Numbered from the stretch's first letter, positions 48,998 through 58,977 are shown. The stretch: DNA of 64,000 bases from an uncultured delta proteobacterium (GCA_963848295.1 CAWKDB010000010.1:992001-1056000), one strand, 5' to 3'. Notes: generated by a model from the sequence alone, not told the origin. Made by a program: numbers and translations.

Positions 48998-50087
48998 CGA
49001 GCTACTCGACAGCACGTTGCCCGCCGTGCTCGATGCGCTGTCGCGAGCCGACATCGGCGTCGTCGTGTTCTCCCAGCGAGAGGGCAAGTTCGAGAAGCGC
49101 CACGCGAACGAGCCGGCGATCCGCGCGCTCGGCTACACCGTCGAAGAGTGGCTCGCGACTCCGGTCTTGCACTCGATCGCACCGGAGCAACGCGAGCTCG
49201 CGGCGCGGTTATTCAACCGGATCGCCTCGGGCGACCACACGATGCCGCCGATCATCGAGCTCCGGTTCGTGCGCAAAGATGGCGTCGAGCTCAGCGGCGA
49301 GATCATCGCGGGCCGAGCGGACATCCCGGGTGGCTCGGCGATCGCGATGATCGTCGGCGACCACGCGCACTCGCCGGCGCAGCTGTCGTTGCTCGAGGCG
49401 GACCGGATCGGTGTCGTCGGCGCCCTCGCGGCCGGCTTCGCGCACGAGATCAACAACCCGCTGACGTCGGTGCTGCTGAACCTGCGCTCGCTGCGCCGTC
49501 AGCTCGCGAGCCTGCCGGAAGCCGCGCGCGATCCGGCGTTGCGTTGCGTCGAGGACATCACGATGGGCGCCGAGCGCATCGCCGGCAACGTCCGAGCGCT
49601 GCAAGCGCTCGCGACACGCGCCGCGACCCAGCGCATCGACCTCGCGGCGGTCGTGTCGGCGTCGCTCCGGCTCGCGGCGCCGACGCTGCACCCGCGCGCA
49701 CACGTCGAGAAACAGATCGGCACCGTCCGCGCGGTACTCGGCGAAGAGGCGCGCATCGGCCAAGCGGTGCTCGCGATGCTGCTGTTCTCCGCGTCGGGGT
49801 TCGACACCGATGCCGCGACCGGCTCGAATCGAATCGCGGTGTCGGTCGCCGATCGCGACGGCTCGGTCGTCGTTCAGGTCTCGGACAACGGCCATCCGCT
49901 GACGATCGAAGAGGCCCGGCGCGCGTTCGATCCGTTCTTCCGCACGTCGTCGCGAGGTGCGGGCGTCGGCGTCGGCCTCGGGATCGCGCGCTCTGTGGCG
50001 ACCGCGCTCGGCGGCGATGTCGCGCTCGCCCCGGGCGCGACCGGCGGCGCGGTGATCACGATGCGGTTACCGGCGGATCCCGTTTGA
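48978..50087 (+). CDS. PAS-domain sensor histidine kinase with atypical N box
   Basis: AHEINNPL H-box; SDNG; FDPFF; GVGVGLGI. Confidence 0.88.
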   Translation: MAIPSADELLDSTLPAVLDALSRADIGVVVFSQREGKFEKRHANEPAIRALGYTVEEWLATPVLHSIAPEQRELAARLFNRIASGDHTMPPIIELRFVRKDGVELSGEIIAGRADIPGGSAIAMIVGDHAHSPAQLSLLEADRIGVVGALAAGFAHEINNPLTSVLLNLRSLRRQLASLPEAARDPALRCVEDITMGAERIAGNVRALQALATRAATQRIDLAAVVSASLRLAAPTLHPRAHVEKQIGTVRAVLGEEARIGQAVLAMLLFSASGFDTDAATGSNRIAVSVADRDGSVVVQVSDNGHPLTIEEARRAFDPFFRTSSRGAGVGVGLGIARSVATALGGDVALAPGATGGAVITMRLPADPV

Positions 50088-50511
50088 CCAAGCAGATCGC
50101 GTGCGCGGTCGCGACGAGCGAGCCGCGATCGGTCTGCCACGCCTCGACGCGAAGGTTCGTGACGCGCCGGCCGCTGCGCGTGATCACGCCGCGCGCGTGC
50201 GTGTCGATCGCCGCACCCGAGCGCAGGAAATCGATCGTGATCGTGATGATCTTCGGCAGCACGATCGTCTCCGCGCGCCACAGCAGCTCGTAGATCGCCG
50301 CGGATTCGAGCAACGCGCCGAGCGTGCCGCCGTGCAATGCGGGCAACGCAGGATTGCCGATCAGATGCGGGCCGAACGCCATCGTCGTGATCAGCTCGTC
50401 GCCTTCGTGGCGAGCCGTGAGGCCGAGGAACGTCGCATAGGGTACGGCGTTGACCAGCCCCGCGAGATCGCCCGTGCGCTTCGCTTTGGCGAGGCGTTCG
50501 ACCAGCGTCAT
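50056..50511 (-). CDS. PaaI-family thioesterase
   Basis: GNPALPALHGGTLGALLE; ITIDFLR. Confidence 0.9.
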   Translation of the reverse strand: MTLVERLAKAKRTGDLAGLVNAVPYATFLGLTARHEGDELITTMAFGPHLIGNPALPALHGGTLGALLESAAIYELLWRAETIVLPKIITITIDFLRSGAAIDTHARGVITRSGRRVTNLRVEAWQTDRGSLVATAHAICLVKRDPPVTAS

Positions 50512-50954
50512 GGCTGCGCCTTGGGTTGCGTGCCGGGCTTCGTGCCGAGCATGAACGTTCCAGCGGACGACGCGATCGGGTTCGCCTCGTCGTCGTGGTA
50601 GGCGACCGCGCGGGTGAAGGCGACCGAGTGCGTGACCTTGTAGCAGGTCGCGCGACATACGACCGTGCGATTCGGCTCGGCGGCACGCAGGTAGTCGATG
50701 CGCAGATCGAGCGTCGCGATCGGCGCCCAGCTGGTCAGCGAGCTGAACACCGCCGCCCCCGAGCACGCGTCGAGCAGCGCCGTGATCACGCCGCCGTGCA
50801 GGACGCCGGTGTCGGGGTTGCCGACCAGCTTGAGATCGTACGGAACCTCCATCACCGCGACGCCGCGGTCGAGGCTGATCGCGCGCATCCCGAGCGCGCG
50901 ATTGTGCGGGATCCCGTGGATAAACGTGCGGAGACCGGGCGCGCCGTCGGACAT
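50508..50954 (-). CDS. PaaI-family thioesterase
   Basis: GNPDTGVLHGGVITALLD; ATLDLRIDYLR. Confidence 0.92.
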   Translation of the reverse strand: MSDGAPGLRTFIHGIPHNRALGMRAISLDRGVAVMEVPYDLKLVGNPDTGVLHGGVITALLDACSGAAVFSSLTSWAPIATLDLRIDYLRAAEPNRTVVCRATCYKVTHSVAFTRAVAYHDDEANPIASSAGTFMLGTKPGTQPKAQP

Positions 50955-50992
50955 CGTGGCCGCGCCCAGTCTATCAGTGTATGTATCCACCG

Positions 50993-52039
50993 ATGTCGCT
51001 ACGGCTCGGCTGGGACGCAGGCTGGAACGCCGTGCGCGACGCGGTCGATTCCGCACGCGCGCTCGAGCCGGTCCGAGTCGCGGCGGAGCATCGCGGCGCG
51101 TACCACGCGGTCGGCGACGGCGGGGTCGCGTGGGTCGAGCTCACCGGCCGAGCGTTCCACCGCGCCGCCGACAAGCGCGAGCTCCCCACGGTCGGCGACT
51201 GGCTGCTCGTCGAGCGCTGGCGCGAAGCGGTCGGCGGCAACGGCGCCGCGGTGATCCGCCACGTGTTGCCGCGCCGTAGCTTGCTGGTCCGCCGCGCCGC
51301 CGGTGAAGCGACCGCACCGCAGCCGCTCGCCGCGAACGTCGATGTCGCGATCGTGATGACCTCGGCGAACGGCGATCTGTCGCCAGCGCGCCTCGATCGC
51401 TACCTGGGCCTGGTCCGCGACGCCGGCATCGCGCCGGTGCTCGTCCTGTCGAAGGTCGACCTCGTCGCCGATCCGGGACCGGGACTCGCAGCCCTGCGCG
51501 CGGTCGGTGGCGACGCGCCCGTGCAAGCGGCGTCGACGATCACCGGCGCCGGCATCGCCGAGGTCCGCGCGTTCGCGGGCGCGGGCAAGACCGTGGTGTT
51601 GCTCGGCAGCTCGGGCGTCGGCAAGTCCTCGCTGCTCAACGCGGTCGCCGCGACCGCGCAGGAGATCCAGCCGATCCGCGACGACGATCGCGGGCAGCAC
51701 ACGACGACGCGGCGCGAGCTGTTCGTCACCGCCGACGGCTTGTGGATCGACACGCCCGGGATGCGCGAGCTCGCGCAGTGGATCGACGAGGGCGGTACGC
51801 CCGAGATCTTCGACGACATCGCCGAGCTCGCCACGAGCTGCCGGTTTCGCGACTGCACGCATCGCGACGAGCCGGGCTGCGCGGTCCGCGGCCATGTCGC
51901 GGTCGATCGGCTCGCAAACTTTCACAAGCTCGCCGGCGAGCAGGTCGTCGCGGTGGCGAATCAGCAGGCGGCGCGCCGGATCGCCGAGACTCGCAAGGCG
52001 AAAGCCAAGCGTTACCCGAAGAATCGCAAGCAGCCATGA
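50993..52039 (+). CDS. rsgA: Ribosome small subunit-dependent GTPase
   Basis: Permuted G motifs SKVD, GSSGVGKSS, DTPG; Zn motif CRFRDCTHRDEPGC. Confidence 0.95.
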   Translation: MSLRLGWDAGWNAVRDAVDSARALEPVRVAAEHRGAYHAVGDGGVAWVELTGRAFHRAADKRELPTVGDWLLVERWREAVGGNGAAVIRHVLPRRSLLVRRAAGEATAPQPLAANVDVAIVMTSANGDLSPARLDRYLGLVRDAGIAPVLVLSKVDLVADPGPGLAALRAVGGDAPVQAASTITGAGIAEVRAFAGAGKTVVLLGSSGVGKSSLLNAVAATAQEIQPIRDDDRGQHTTTRRELFVTADGLWIDTPGMRELAQWIDEGGTPEIFDDIAELATSCRFRDCTHRDEPGCAVRGHVAVDRLANFHKLAGEQVVAVANQQAARRIAETRKAKAKRYPKNRKQP

Positions 52040-53655
52040 TCGCGTTCGCCTCGGTCACCAAGCAGTACGGCGCGCAGTTGTTGTTCGTCGACGCGTCGAT
52101 GCAGATCAACGCGGGGGAGAAGGTCGGGCTCGTCGGTCCGAACGGCGCCGGCAAGAGCACGGTGTTCCGCCTGATCGTCGGCGAAGAGCAACCCGACGAC
52201 GGGACGATCGAGCGGCCGAAGAAGCTCGCGATCGGCTACTTCCGCCAAGACGTCGGCGATCTGCGCGGTCGCACGATCCTCGCCGAGACCTGCGCGGGCG
52301 CCGGCGAAGTCGCAGAGCTCGCGGCCGAGCTCGCCGTGCTCGGCACGAAGCTCGAGGCGGCGGGCGATGATCTCGACGAGGTCGTGACCCGATTCGGCGA
52401 CGTCCAAGCGCGCTACCAGGACCTCGGCGGCTACGAGCTGGAAGCGCGCGCGCAGACGATCTTGCACGGCCTCGGCTTCACCGACGATCAGATGGCCAAG
52501 GACGTCGGCACGCTGTCCGGCGGCTGGAAGATGCGCGTCGCGCTCGCGCAGATCCTGCTCGCGAAGCCCGACGTGTTGCTGCTCGACGAGCCGACGAACT
52601 ACCTCGATCTCGAATCGATCCTGTGGCTCGAGGCATTCCTGCGCGACTACGCCGGCACCGTCGTGATGACCTGCCACGATCGCGAGATCATGAATCGCGT
52701 CGCGACGAAGATCGTCGAGATCGACGGCGGCGAGCTGCGCTCTTACACCGGCAACTACGACTTCTACGAGCGCGCGCGCACGATCGAAGCAGAGCGGCGC
52801 GAAGCGGAGTACGCGCGCCAGCAGGCGATGCTCGCGAAGGAGAGCCGGTTCATCGAGCGGTTCAAGACCCACGTCGCGAAGGCGGCGCAGGTCCAGAGCC
52901 GGATGAAGAAGCTCGACAAGATCGAGAAGGTCGAGCCGCCGAAGCGGATCATCGAGAAGACCTACGACATGAAGGTGCCGCCGCGCTCCGGCGATGATGT
53001 CGTCAAGCTCGACAAGATCGCGAAGGCGTACGGCTCGCGCGTCGTCCACAAGGGCCTGACGATGACGGTGCAACGCACCGAGCGCTGGGCGGTGATGGGC
53101 GAGAACGGCGCGGGCAAGTCGACGCTGCTCAAGATCATCGCGGGCGGCCTGCCGCCCGACGCCGGCAGCTCGACGATCGGCGCCTCGGTGACGATGGGTT
53201 ACTACGCTCAGCACGTGATGGACGGGCTCGGCAGCGACCGCACCGTGCTCGAGGAGCTCGAGGCGCACGCGCCGCTCGCGAATCAGGGCACGCTGCGCGG
53301 CCTCGCCGGTGCGTTCGGGTTTCACGACGACGACGTGTTCAAGCCGATCCGCGTGCTATCCGGCGGCGAGCGCGCCCGCGTCGCGCTCGCGAAGCTGATG
53401 CACGACGCGCCGAATCTGCTCGTGCTCGACGAGCCGACGAACCACCTCGACATCGTCACGAAGCGCGCGCTCGTCACGGCGCTGGCCGACTACACCGGCA
53501 CGCTGATCTTCGTGTCGCACGATCGCCAGTTCCTGCGCGCGCTCGCGACCCGCGTGCTCGAGCTGACGTCGGCGGGACCGCGCGTCTACGGCGGCAGCTA
53601 CGAGGAGTACGTCGCGTCGACTGGCCGCGAAGCGCCCGGCATGCGCGAGGCGTGA
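52036..53655 (+). CDS. ABC-F family ATPase
   Basis: Two ABC domains (GPNGAGKST, LSGGW; GENGAGKST, LSGGE) and no TM domain. Confidence 0.95.
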   Translation: MIAFASVTKQYGAQLLFVDASMQINAGEKVGLVGPNGAGKSTVFRLIVGEEQPDDGTIERPKKLAIGYFRQDVGDLRGRTILAETCAGAGEVAELAAELAVLGTKLEAAGDDLDEVVTRFGDVQARYQDLGGYELEARAQTILHGLGFTDDQMAKDVGTLSGGWKMRVALAQILLAKPDVLLLDEPTNYLDLESILWLEAFLRDYAGTVVMTCHDREIMNRVATKIVEIDGGELRSYTGNYDFYERARTIEAERREAEYARQQAMLAKESRFIERFKTHVAKAAQVQSRMKKLDKIEKVEPPKRIIEKTYDMKVPPRSGDDVVKLDKIAKAYGSRVVHKGLTMTVQRTERWAVMGENGAGKSTLLKIIAGGLPPDAGSSTIGASVTMGYYAQHVMDGLGSDRTVLEELEAHAPLANQGTLRGLAGAFGFHDDDVFKPIRVLSGGERARVALAKLMHDAPNLLVLDEPTNHLDIVTKRALVTALADYTGTLIFVSHDRQFLRALATRVLELTSAGPRVYGGSYEEYVASTGREAPGMREA

Positions 53656-53716
53656 GTCACAGCGCGTAACACCGTTGTTCGTACGACGAGCACGCGAACG
53701 CGAGATGCTGCGCCCG

Positions 53717-54679
53717 ATGCGAACGGCAGCGATCCTCGTTCTGGTCGGTGCAGCGTGCCAGTCCAAGCACGCGGTGCACGAGCCCAGCCCGAACCGGCGC
53801 GCCGCGGACGACGCGCTGCTCTATCGGCTCGATCACGTGCTCACCACGTATCGCGTGCCGATGTGCCACGAGCTCGACCTCGCGCTCCCGAACCTGGCAC
53901 CGCCGCCACCTCGATCGATCGAAGCGATGACCGCAGCATGCGACGGCGGTGATGCGGCAAGCTGTTATGCGCTCGGCCGACTGTGGGAGCCACACGATCA
54001 CAGCGACATCGAGCACCAGGTGATCTTCGGCGCGAGACCGGACCTCGAACACTTCTTCGGCCGCGCTTGCGACCTCGGTTCCGACGCTGGCTGTCGCGCC
54101 CTCGACAGCGTGTTCGATCGCGAGGACAAGCCTCGAGCGCGACTCGCACTGACGTTCGCGCTGTTCTACGCAGGCCGGACCGAGATGTCCGCCGGGCTGT
54201 GGCTCGGGTTGCCTCCGGCCGAGCGCGCGGTGTTCGCCCCATCGCTCGCGGCGCTCCGCACGAAGCTCGAGGCCGACTGCGCCTCCGGCAACGCGACGGC
54301 GTGCGAGGCTCGCGCCGGGTTCGAGCCCGGCCCCGATGCGTCGTGGCAACCCGGCCCGTGGGATCCGAAGAAGCGGCCTTGGTTCATCAAGGGTTGCCTC
54401 GCGGGGTCGCTCTACGCGTGCGAGTGGGCGCTCGCAGGGCTCGATCCGACCGCGGTCGACCGCACCGAAGCGATCGTCGATCGCGTGTGTCATGGCCCGA
54501 CGTGCGATGGCCTGGTCGCCGCGCTCCGCGACAGCTGTCGAGCCGGCGTGTGGTCGTCATGCTACCTCGCTGCCGACGCGTGCAAGCAGGGCGGAACCGT
54601 GCCCGGACCGTCGCCGGCGCCGGCGCGGCCCGACGTCATCTTCATTCCGGCCGATCCGCCCGCGCGCTCGATCGACTGA
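53717..54679 (+). CDS. Sel1/HcpB-like Cys-repeat lipoprotein
   Basis: Lipobox GAAC; ACDGGDAASC, ACDLGSDAGC, CASGNATAC repeats. Confidence 0.75.
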   Translation: MRTAAILVLVGAACQSKHAVHEPSPNRRAADDALLYRLDHVLTTYRVPMCHELDLALPNLAPPPPRSIEAMTAACDGGDAASCYALGRLWEPHDHSDIEHQVIFGARPDLEHFFGRACDLGSDAGCRALDSVFDREDKPRARLALTFALFYAGRTEMSAGLWLGLPPAERAVFAPSLAALRTKLEADCASGNATACEARAGFEPGPDASWQPGPWDPKKRPWFIKGCLAGSLYACEWALAGLDPTAVDRTEAIVDRVCHGPTCDGLVAALRDSCRAGVWSSCYLAADACKQGGTVPGPSPAPARPDVIFIPADPPARSID

Positions 54680-54735
54680 GGCAGCGCCGGAACTATTCCG
54701 CGGCCGATCGCGCGGTAGTAAGGCACACTCGGCGC

Positions 54736-55239
54736 GTGTCGGCCAAGAAGCTCGCGATCGTCCTCGCACTCGCCGCGGTCGCTGCAGGCGTCTACTTCTG
54801 GGAAGACGCGAAGGCGCGCAAGACCGAGGACATGCTCGCCGCGCGCGAGCTCGCTGGCCGCGACATGAAGGCATTCAACGAGCACGAGAGCGACGCCGTA
54901 TTCGCGCCGAGGCTGAACGCTGCGGCGGCGCGCGTAGATCTGCTGTCGCCGGTCCGCGCCGGCGCCTCGTTGACCCGCGAGGTGCTGCCGGTCATCGACG
55001 AGTACCTCGAGCGTCTGCACCGGGCGCTCGCCTCGTCCGACGCGTACGTCGCGCTCGACTCCGAGGCCGGCGCGGCGGTTGCTAAGAGCCTGGCCAAGCT
55101 GCACACGCGGGAGATCACGATGCGAAAGCTCCGGGCCCAGCTCGCAGATCTCGCGCAACGAGCCTCCGCCGGCAAGGTCGACAGCGATGCGCTGTGGAGC
55201 GAGATGACCGCGATCGCGCTCCAGATCGGCCAGACCTGA
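54736..55239 (+). CDS. Hypothetical membrane-anchored helical protein
   Basis: N-terminal TM KKLAIVLALAAVAAGVYFW. Confidence 0.6.
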   Translation: MSAKKLAIVLALAAVAAGVYFWEDAKARKTEDMLAARELAGRDMKAFNEHESDAVFAPRLNAAAARVDLLSPVRAGASLTREVLPVIDEYLERLHRALASSDAYVALDSEAGAAVAKSLAKLHTREITMRKLRAQLADLAQRASAGKVDSDALWSEMTAIALQIGQT

Positions 55240-55240
55240 T

Positions 55241-56302
55241 TCACGAATCCGAGTCGGTGACCGGCTTGGCCTTCTTCTTTTTCTTCCGCGAGTGCCTGGC
55301 GGTCTTCACCGGCGGCGCGTCGTCTTGCTTCGCCCCCGGCAGCGCGGGCGCCGCGATCTTCTTGAACGCCGCGCCGGCGCCGGGTTGGTCGATCGCGAGC
55401 GCCTCTTGCAGCGCGATCATCTTCCACTCGCCGTTCGAACGCTCGTAGATCGCGAACGCACGCAGCGGCAGCGGGTCGTCTTCTTCGGTGAACTTCACGA
55501 CCGGCGCCGACACCCACGCGAGCTGGCCGTCGCCGGTCGCCGCTGCGGTGACCTCTCCGGCCGCGACCTCGCGGGTCCCGGCCTTGACCCGCTTCTTCCA
55601 CATCTTCCGGATCGCCGATTTTCCGCGCGTCACGTCGCCGATCGCCGGTCCGATGACGACCGCATCGCTGCGCCTCGCCAGCTCGGCTCCCCACATCGCC
55701 TGATCGGCGAGACCCTTCTGGAACTTCTCGACCGCACCGCTCGCGGCATCGGCGACCATCGGCGTGCCGGTCATGCCGGGGGGCACGACCGAGTCGGACT
55801 TCAGTCCATGACGGACCGCTTTCATCGCCGGCGTCTTGGCGATCGCGGCCGCGCTCACGACCCACATGTCATCGCTGTTCGACAGCACCGCGGTCACCGC
55901 GAGCGGTTGGCCGCTGACATCGACGACATCGAAGGCCCACGCGGAGTGTCCGCCGGGCGACGGCGTGACGTCGAGTTGGCTCGACTCGAGCGGCGTCTTG
56001 TTCTTCGCGTCGATCACCTTGCGCAGCGACACCAGCGCATCCGATCGGTTCGACGTGGCATCGCCGCGGCGCGGCCCGAACACGACGAGTGGCTCGGCGA
56101 GCATGGTCATCACACCATCGGTGTCGCCCTTGCCGAGCGATTGGTAGATCTCGGTGATCATTCCCTTCGCGTCGTTCTCGGCGGTGTTCGCGTCGACCTT
56201 TCCGCCCTTGGGGGCTGGCGCCGCCGCCATCTTGACGGTGGTGTCGGTGTGGCCGAATCCGCAGCCGACGAACGCGAGCATCGCGATCAACCCGTTGCGC
56301 AT
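55241..56302 (-). CDS. Lipoprotein with tandem NTF2/SnoaL-like domains
   Basis: Lipobox FVGC; two similar units (LVVFGP...SAWA / AVVIGP...LAWV...WKMI). Confidence 0.75.
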   Translation of the reverse strand: MRNGLIAMLAFVGCGFGHTDTTVKMAAAPAPKGGKVDANTAENDAKGMITEIYQSLGKGDTDGVMTMLAEPLVVFGPRRGDATSNRSDALVSLRKVIDAKNKTPLESSQLDVTPSPGGHSAWAFDVVDVSGQPLAVTAVLSNSDDMWVVSAAAIAKTPAMKAVRHGLKSDSVVPPGMTGTPMVADAASGAVEKFQKGLADQAMWGAELARRSDAVVIGPAIGDVTRGKSAIRKMWKKRVKAGTREVAAGEVTAAATGDGQLAWVSAPVVKFTEEDDPLPLRAFAIYERSNGEWKMIALQEALAIDQPGAGAAFKKIAAPALPGAKQDDAPPVKTARHSRKKKKKAKPVTDSDS

Positions 56303-56314
56303 GTCCCCTCGTAG

Positions 56315-56330
56315 TGCACCGTGCGGGCCA
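56315..56330 (-). promoter_or_regulatory. Possible sigma54 promoter
   Basis: Minus strand TGGCCCG-CACG-GTGCA with correct spacing, just before ATG 56302. Confidence 0.4.
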
Positions 56331-56388
56331 GCTCCGGCCCGCGCAAGTACGCGTTCCAAGGTGCCCCGAATGGGGGAGAAGCTCCCAC

Positions 56389-56490
56389 CCTGGGGACGCT
56401 GTCTCTATTGTCTCCTCGAGCTCTTCGACCCACCGAGGATCACCGCGGAATCTAAGCAACTTCCTGGGGACGCTGTCTCTACTGTCACCT
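56389..56490. repeat. Two-copy 28-bp direct repeat (REP-like)
   Basis: cctggggacgctgtctctattgtctcct (56389-56416) and cctggggacgctgtctctactgtcacct (56463-56490); 2 mismatches. Confidence 0.85.
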
Positions 56491-56527
56491 TGCACGTGCC
56501 GGCAGAAGTCCGCGCGACCCGGTCGGG

Positions 56528-57304
56528 CTAGCGGCCCAAATAACGCGGGGGACGGCCCTCGGCGAATGCCGCCAAGCCCTCGTCTCGATCAGCGCTCATC
56601 AGCGTGACGTCGTAGCACTCGCGCTCGATCGCGAGCCCGTCCTCGAGCGCGCGACCATGGCCGCGCTCGATCGCGGACTTCGCCGATGCAACCGACAGCG
56701 GTGCGCACGTCTCGAGCTCGGCGCAGATCGCGTCGACCGCCGCCCGCAGGGCTTCGCGCGCCACGATCTGATGGACGAGCCCGATCTCGAGCGCACGAGC
56801 GACCGGGATCTTGCGACCGAGCAAGATCATCTCCTTCGCGCGCGCCTCGCCGATCAGTCGCGGCAAGCGTTGCGTGCCACCCGCGCCCGGCATGATCCCG
56901 AGCTTGACCTCGGTGAGGCCGAGCTCGATGCCCGCGACCGCGATCCGGAGATCGCACGCGAGCGCGAGCTCGAGCCCGCCGCCGTACGCCGAGCCGTTGA
57001 GCGCGCAGATCGTCGGCTTGCGCAGCTCGCCGATCCGGTTGATCGCGCCTCCGATCGCGTCGATGAACGAGCCGGACTCGATCGCGGGCACGCCGCGGCG
57101 CTCCTTGAGATCCGCGCCCGCGCAGAACGCCTTGTCACCCGCGCCCGTGACCACGACGGCGTGCACGTCCGCGCGAGTCGCGAGCGACGCCGCGAGTTGT
57201 TGCAGCTCCAGGTTCACCGCGCGCGACAGCGCGTTGCGAACATCGGGACGGTTGAGCGTGATCCACAGCGCCGCACCGCGCTGCTCGACGAGGATGTCGG
57301 CCAT
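56528..57304 (-). CDS. Enoyl-CoA hydratase, probably methylglutaconyl-CoA hydratase (LiuC-like)
   Basis: AFCAGADLKER, GGGLELALACD, PGAGGTQRL; adjacent to HMG-CoA lyase. Confidence 0.92.
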   Translation of the reverse strand: MADILVEQRGAALWITLNRPDVRNALSRAVNLELQQLAASLATRADVHAVVVTGAGDKAFCAGADLKERRGVPAIESGSFIDAIGGAINRIGELRKPTICALNGSAYGGGLELALACDLRIAVAGIELGLTEVKLGIMPGAGGTQRLPRLIGEARAKEMILLGRKIPVARALEIGLVHQIVAREALRAAVDAICAELETCAPLSVASAKSAIERGHGRALEDGLAIERECYDVTLMSADRDEGLAAFAEGRPPRYLGR

Positions 57305-57313
57305 CCGCCGAAG

Positions 57314-58252
57314 CTACACCGAACCGAGCTCGGCTCGCCGCCGCGCACGCGCTAGCTTGCCGAGGTGCGCCTTCAGGTACTTCGACGGCAGCTCGTGGCC
57401 GACGAACGTCGACGCCGTGCGCGATGCGTCGACCAGCTTGTCGAGATCGATGCCGGTCTTAACGCCCATCCCGTGCAGCATCGCGACGACGTCCTCGGTC
57501 GCGAGGTTGCCCGCCGCACCCGGTGCGTACGGACATCCGCCGAGCCCGCCGGCCGCGGCATCGATCGTCGTGATCCCGAGCTGCATCGCCTCGACGCAGT
57601 TCGCGAGCGCGGTGCCCTGCGTGTCGTGGAAGTGAACCGCGAGCGCGCTCGCCGGATGTTGCGCGAGGATGCGGGTCAGCACGTCCTCGACCTGGCGCGG
57701 GTTCGCGACGCCGATCGTGTCGCTGATCGAGGCCTGATAGACGCCCATGTCGCGCAGCCGGCCGGTGAGCTCGACCACCTTCACCGGATCGACCTCGCCT
57801 TCGTACGGGCAGCCGAACGCGGTCGAGACGTACGCGCGCACCTGCAGCCCGGCGGCGAGCGCGGGCGGAATGACCTCGCGAAATGCCTCGATCGTCTCGT
57901 CGACCGTCTTGTTCACGTTCTTCTTGTTGTGCGTCTCCGACACCGAGATGAACACCGCGATCTCTTTCATCCCGGCGGCGAGCGCGGTGTCGAGCCCGCG
58001 GCGATTCGGGACGAGCGCGCTCATCTTGACGCCGGGCGGGCGCTGCACGCCGCGTGCGACCTCGACGTTATCGGCGAGCTGCGGGATCCACTTCGGCGAC
58101 ACGAAGCTCGTGATCTCGATCGCGCGGATCCCCGACGCGACGAGCGCATCGATGAACCGGATCTTCTCGGCGGTCGGCACGCTGCGCGCTTCGTTCTGCA
58201 AGCCGTCGCGCGGGCCGACCTCGTAGATCGTGACTTCGGACGGGAGCTTCAT
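57314..58252 (-). CDS. Hydroxymethylglutaryl-CoA lyase
   Basis: EVGPRDGLQNE, HFHDT, GLGGCPYAPGA. Confidence 0.95.
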   Translation of the reverse strand: MKLPSEVTIYEVGPRDGLQNEARSVPTAEKIRFIDALVASGIRAIEITSFVSPKWIPQLADNVEVARGVQRPPGVKMSALVPNRRGLDTALAAGMKEIAVFISVSETHNKKNVNKTVDETIEAFREVIPPALAAGLQVRAYVSTAFGCPYEGEVDPVKVVELTGRLRDMGVYQASISDTIGVANPRQVEDVLTRILAQHPASALAVHFHDTQGTALANCVEAMQLGITTIDAAAGGLGGCPYAPGAAGNLATEDVVAMLHGMGVKTGIDLDKLVDASRTASTFVGHELPSKYLKAHLGKLARARRRAELGSV

Positions 58253-58923
58253 CTCGCCCCCGAACCATAATCCCGAGACAGCTGCTCGACCAGCGCGGGG
58301 GTCAGCTCGGCGAGCGTGTCGATCACCTGGTGCGCCGCGCTCTGGTCCCAGCCGCCGAAGTTGCCCGCGCGCACCGCGACGACGATGCACCCCGCCGCCT
58401 TGCCGGCCTCGATCCCCGCGCGTGAATCCTCGATCACTAGCGCTTCGTGCGGGTGAAGGCCGAGCGCTGCCAGAGCGGCCAGGTAGCCGTCCGGGGCGGG
58501 CTTGGAACGCGCCACATCCTCGGCCGCGAACACCGCGTCCCACGTGAACATCGGGCCGAAGTGGCGCCCGATCTGGGCGACCTCGCCGCGCGAGCTCCCG
58601 GTGACCAGCGCCCGCTTATAGCTGCGGGTCCACTCGAGGGTCTCTCGCGCTTGCGGCAACACCGTCACGCCGCGCTCGGCGAACACCTCGTCGCGCATCG
58701 CCTCGGTGTGGGCGATCGTCTCGGCGCGGGTCCAGGTCAGGTGCGGATAGCGCGCCTTCAAGTTGTCGTAGATCGCGACCCACGACCGCCCGACGATGAA
58801 GTCGCGGTCCGACTGTTCGACCACGACGCCGTGCCGGTGGAGCGCGCGGGCCATCGCCTCGGCGGTCTCTCGCTCGGAATCGACGAGCGTGCCGTCGAGG
58901 TCGAACAAAAAGCCCCTGATCAC
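58249..58923 (-). CDS. HAD-family phosphatase
   Basis: FDLDGTLVDSE, KPAPD, IEDS. Confidence 0.93.
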   Translation of the reverse strand: MIRGFLFDLDGTLVDSERETAEAMARALHRHGVVVEQSDRDFIVGRSWVAIYDNLKARYPHLTWTRAETIAHTEAMRDEVFAERGVTVLPQARETLEWTRSYKRALVTGSSRGEVAQIGRHFGPMFTWDAVFAAEDVARSKPAPDGYLAALAALGLHPHEALVIEDSRAGIEAGKAAGCIVVAVRAGNFGGWDQSAAHQVIDTLAELTPALVEQLSRDYGSGAR

Positions 58924-58977
58924 GTTGTCAGAACTTGTAACACGCTGGCTACGCGAGCTGTGTTACGCCTCGGCGGG

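Noticed and set aside
56389..56490. Mini CRISPR array
   Set aside because: Only two imperfect repeats with a 46-nt spacer, no third copy at the same period, and no cas genes.
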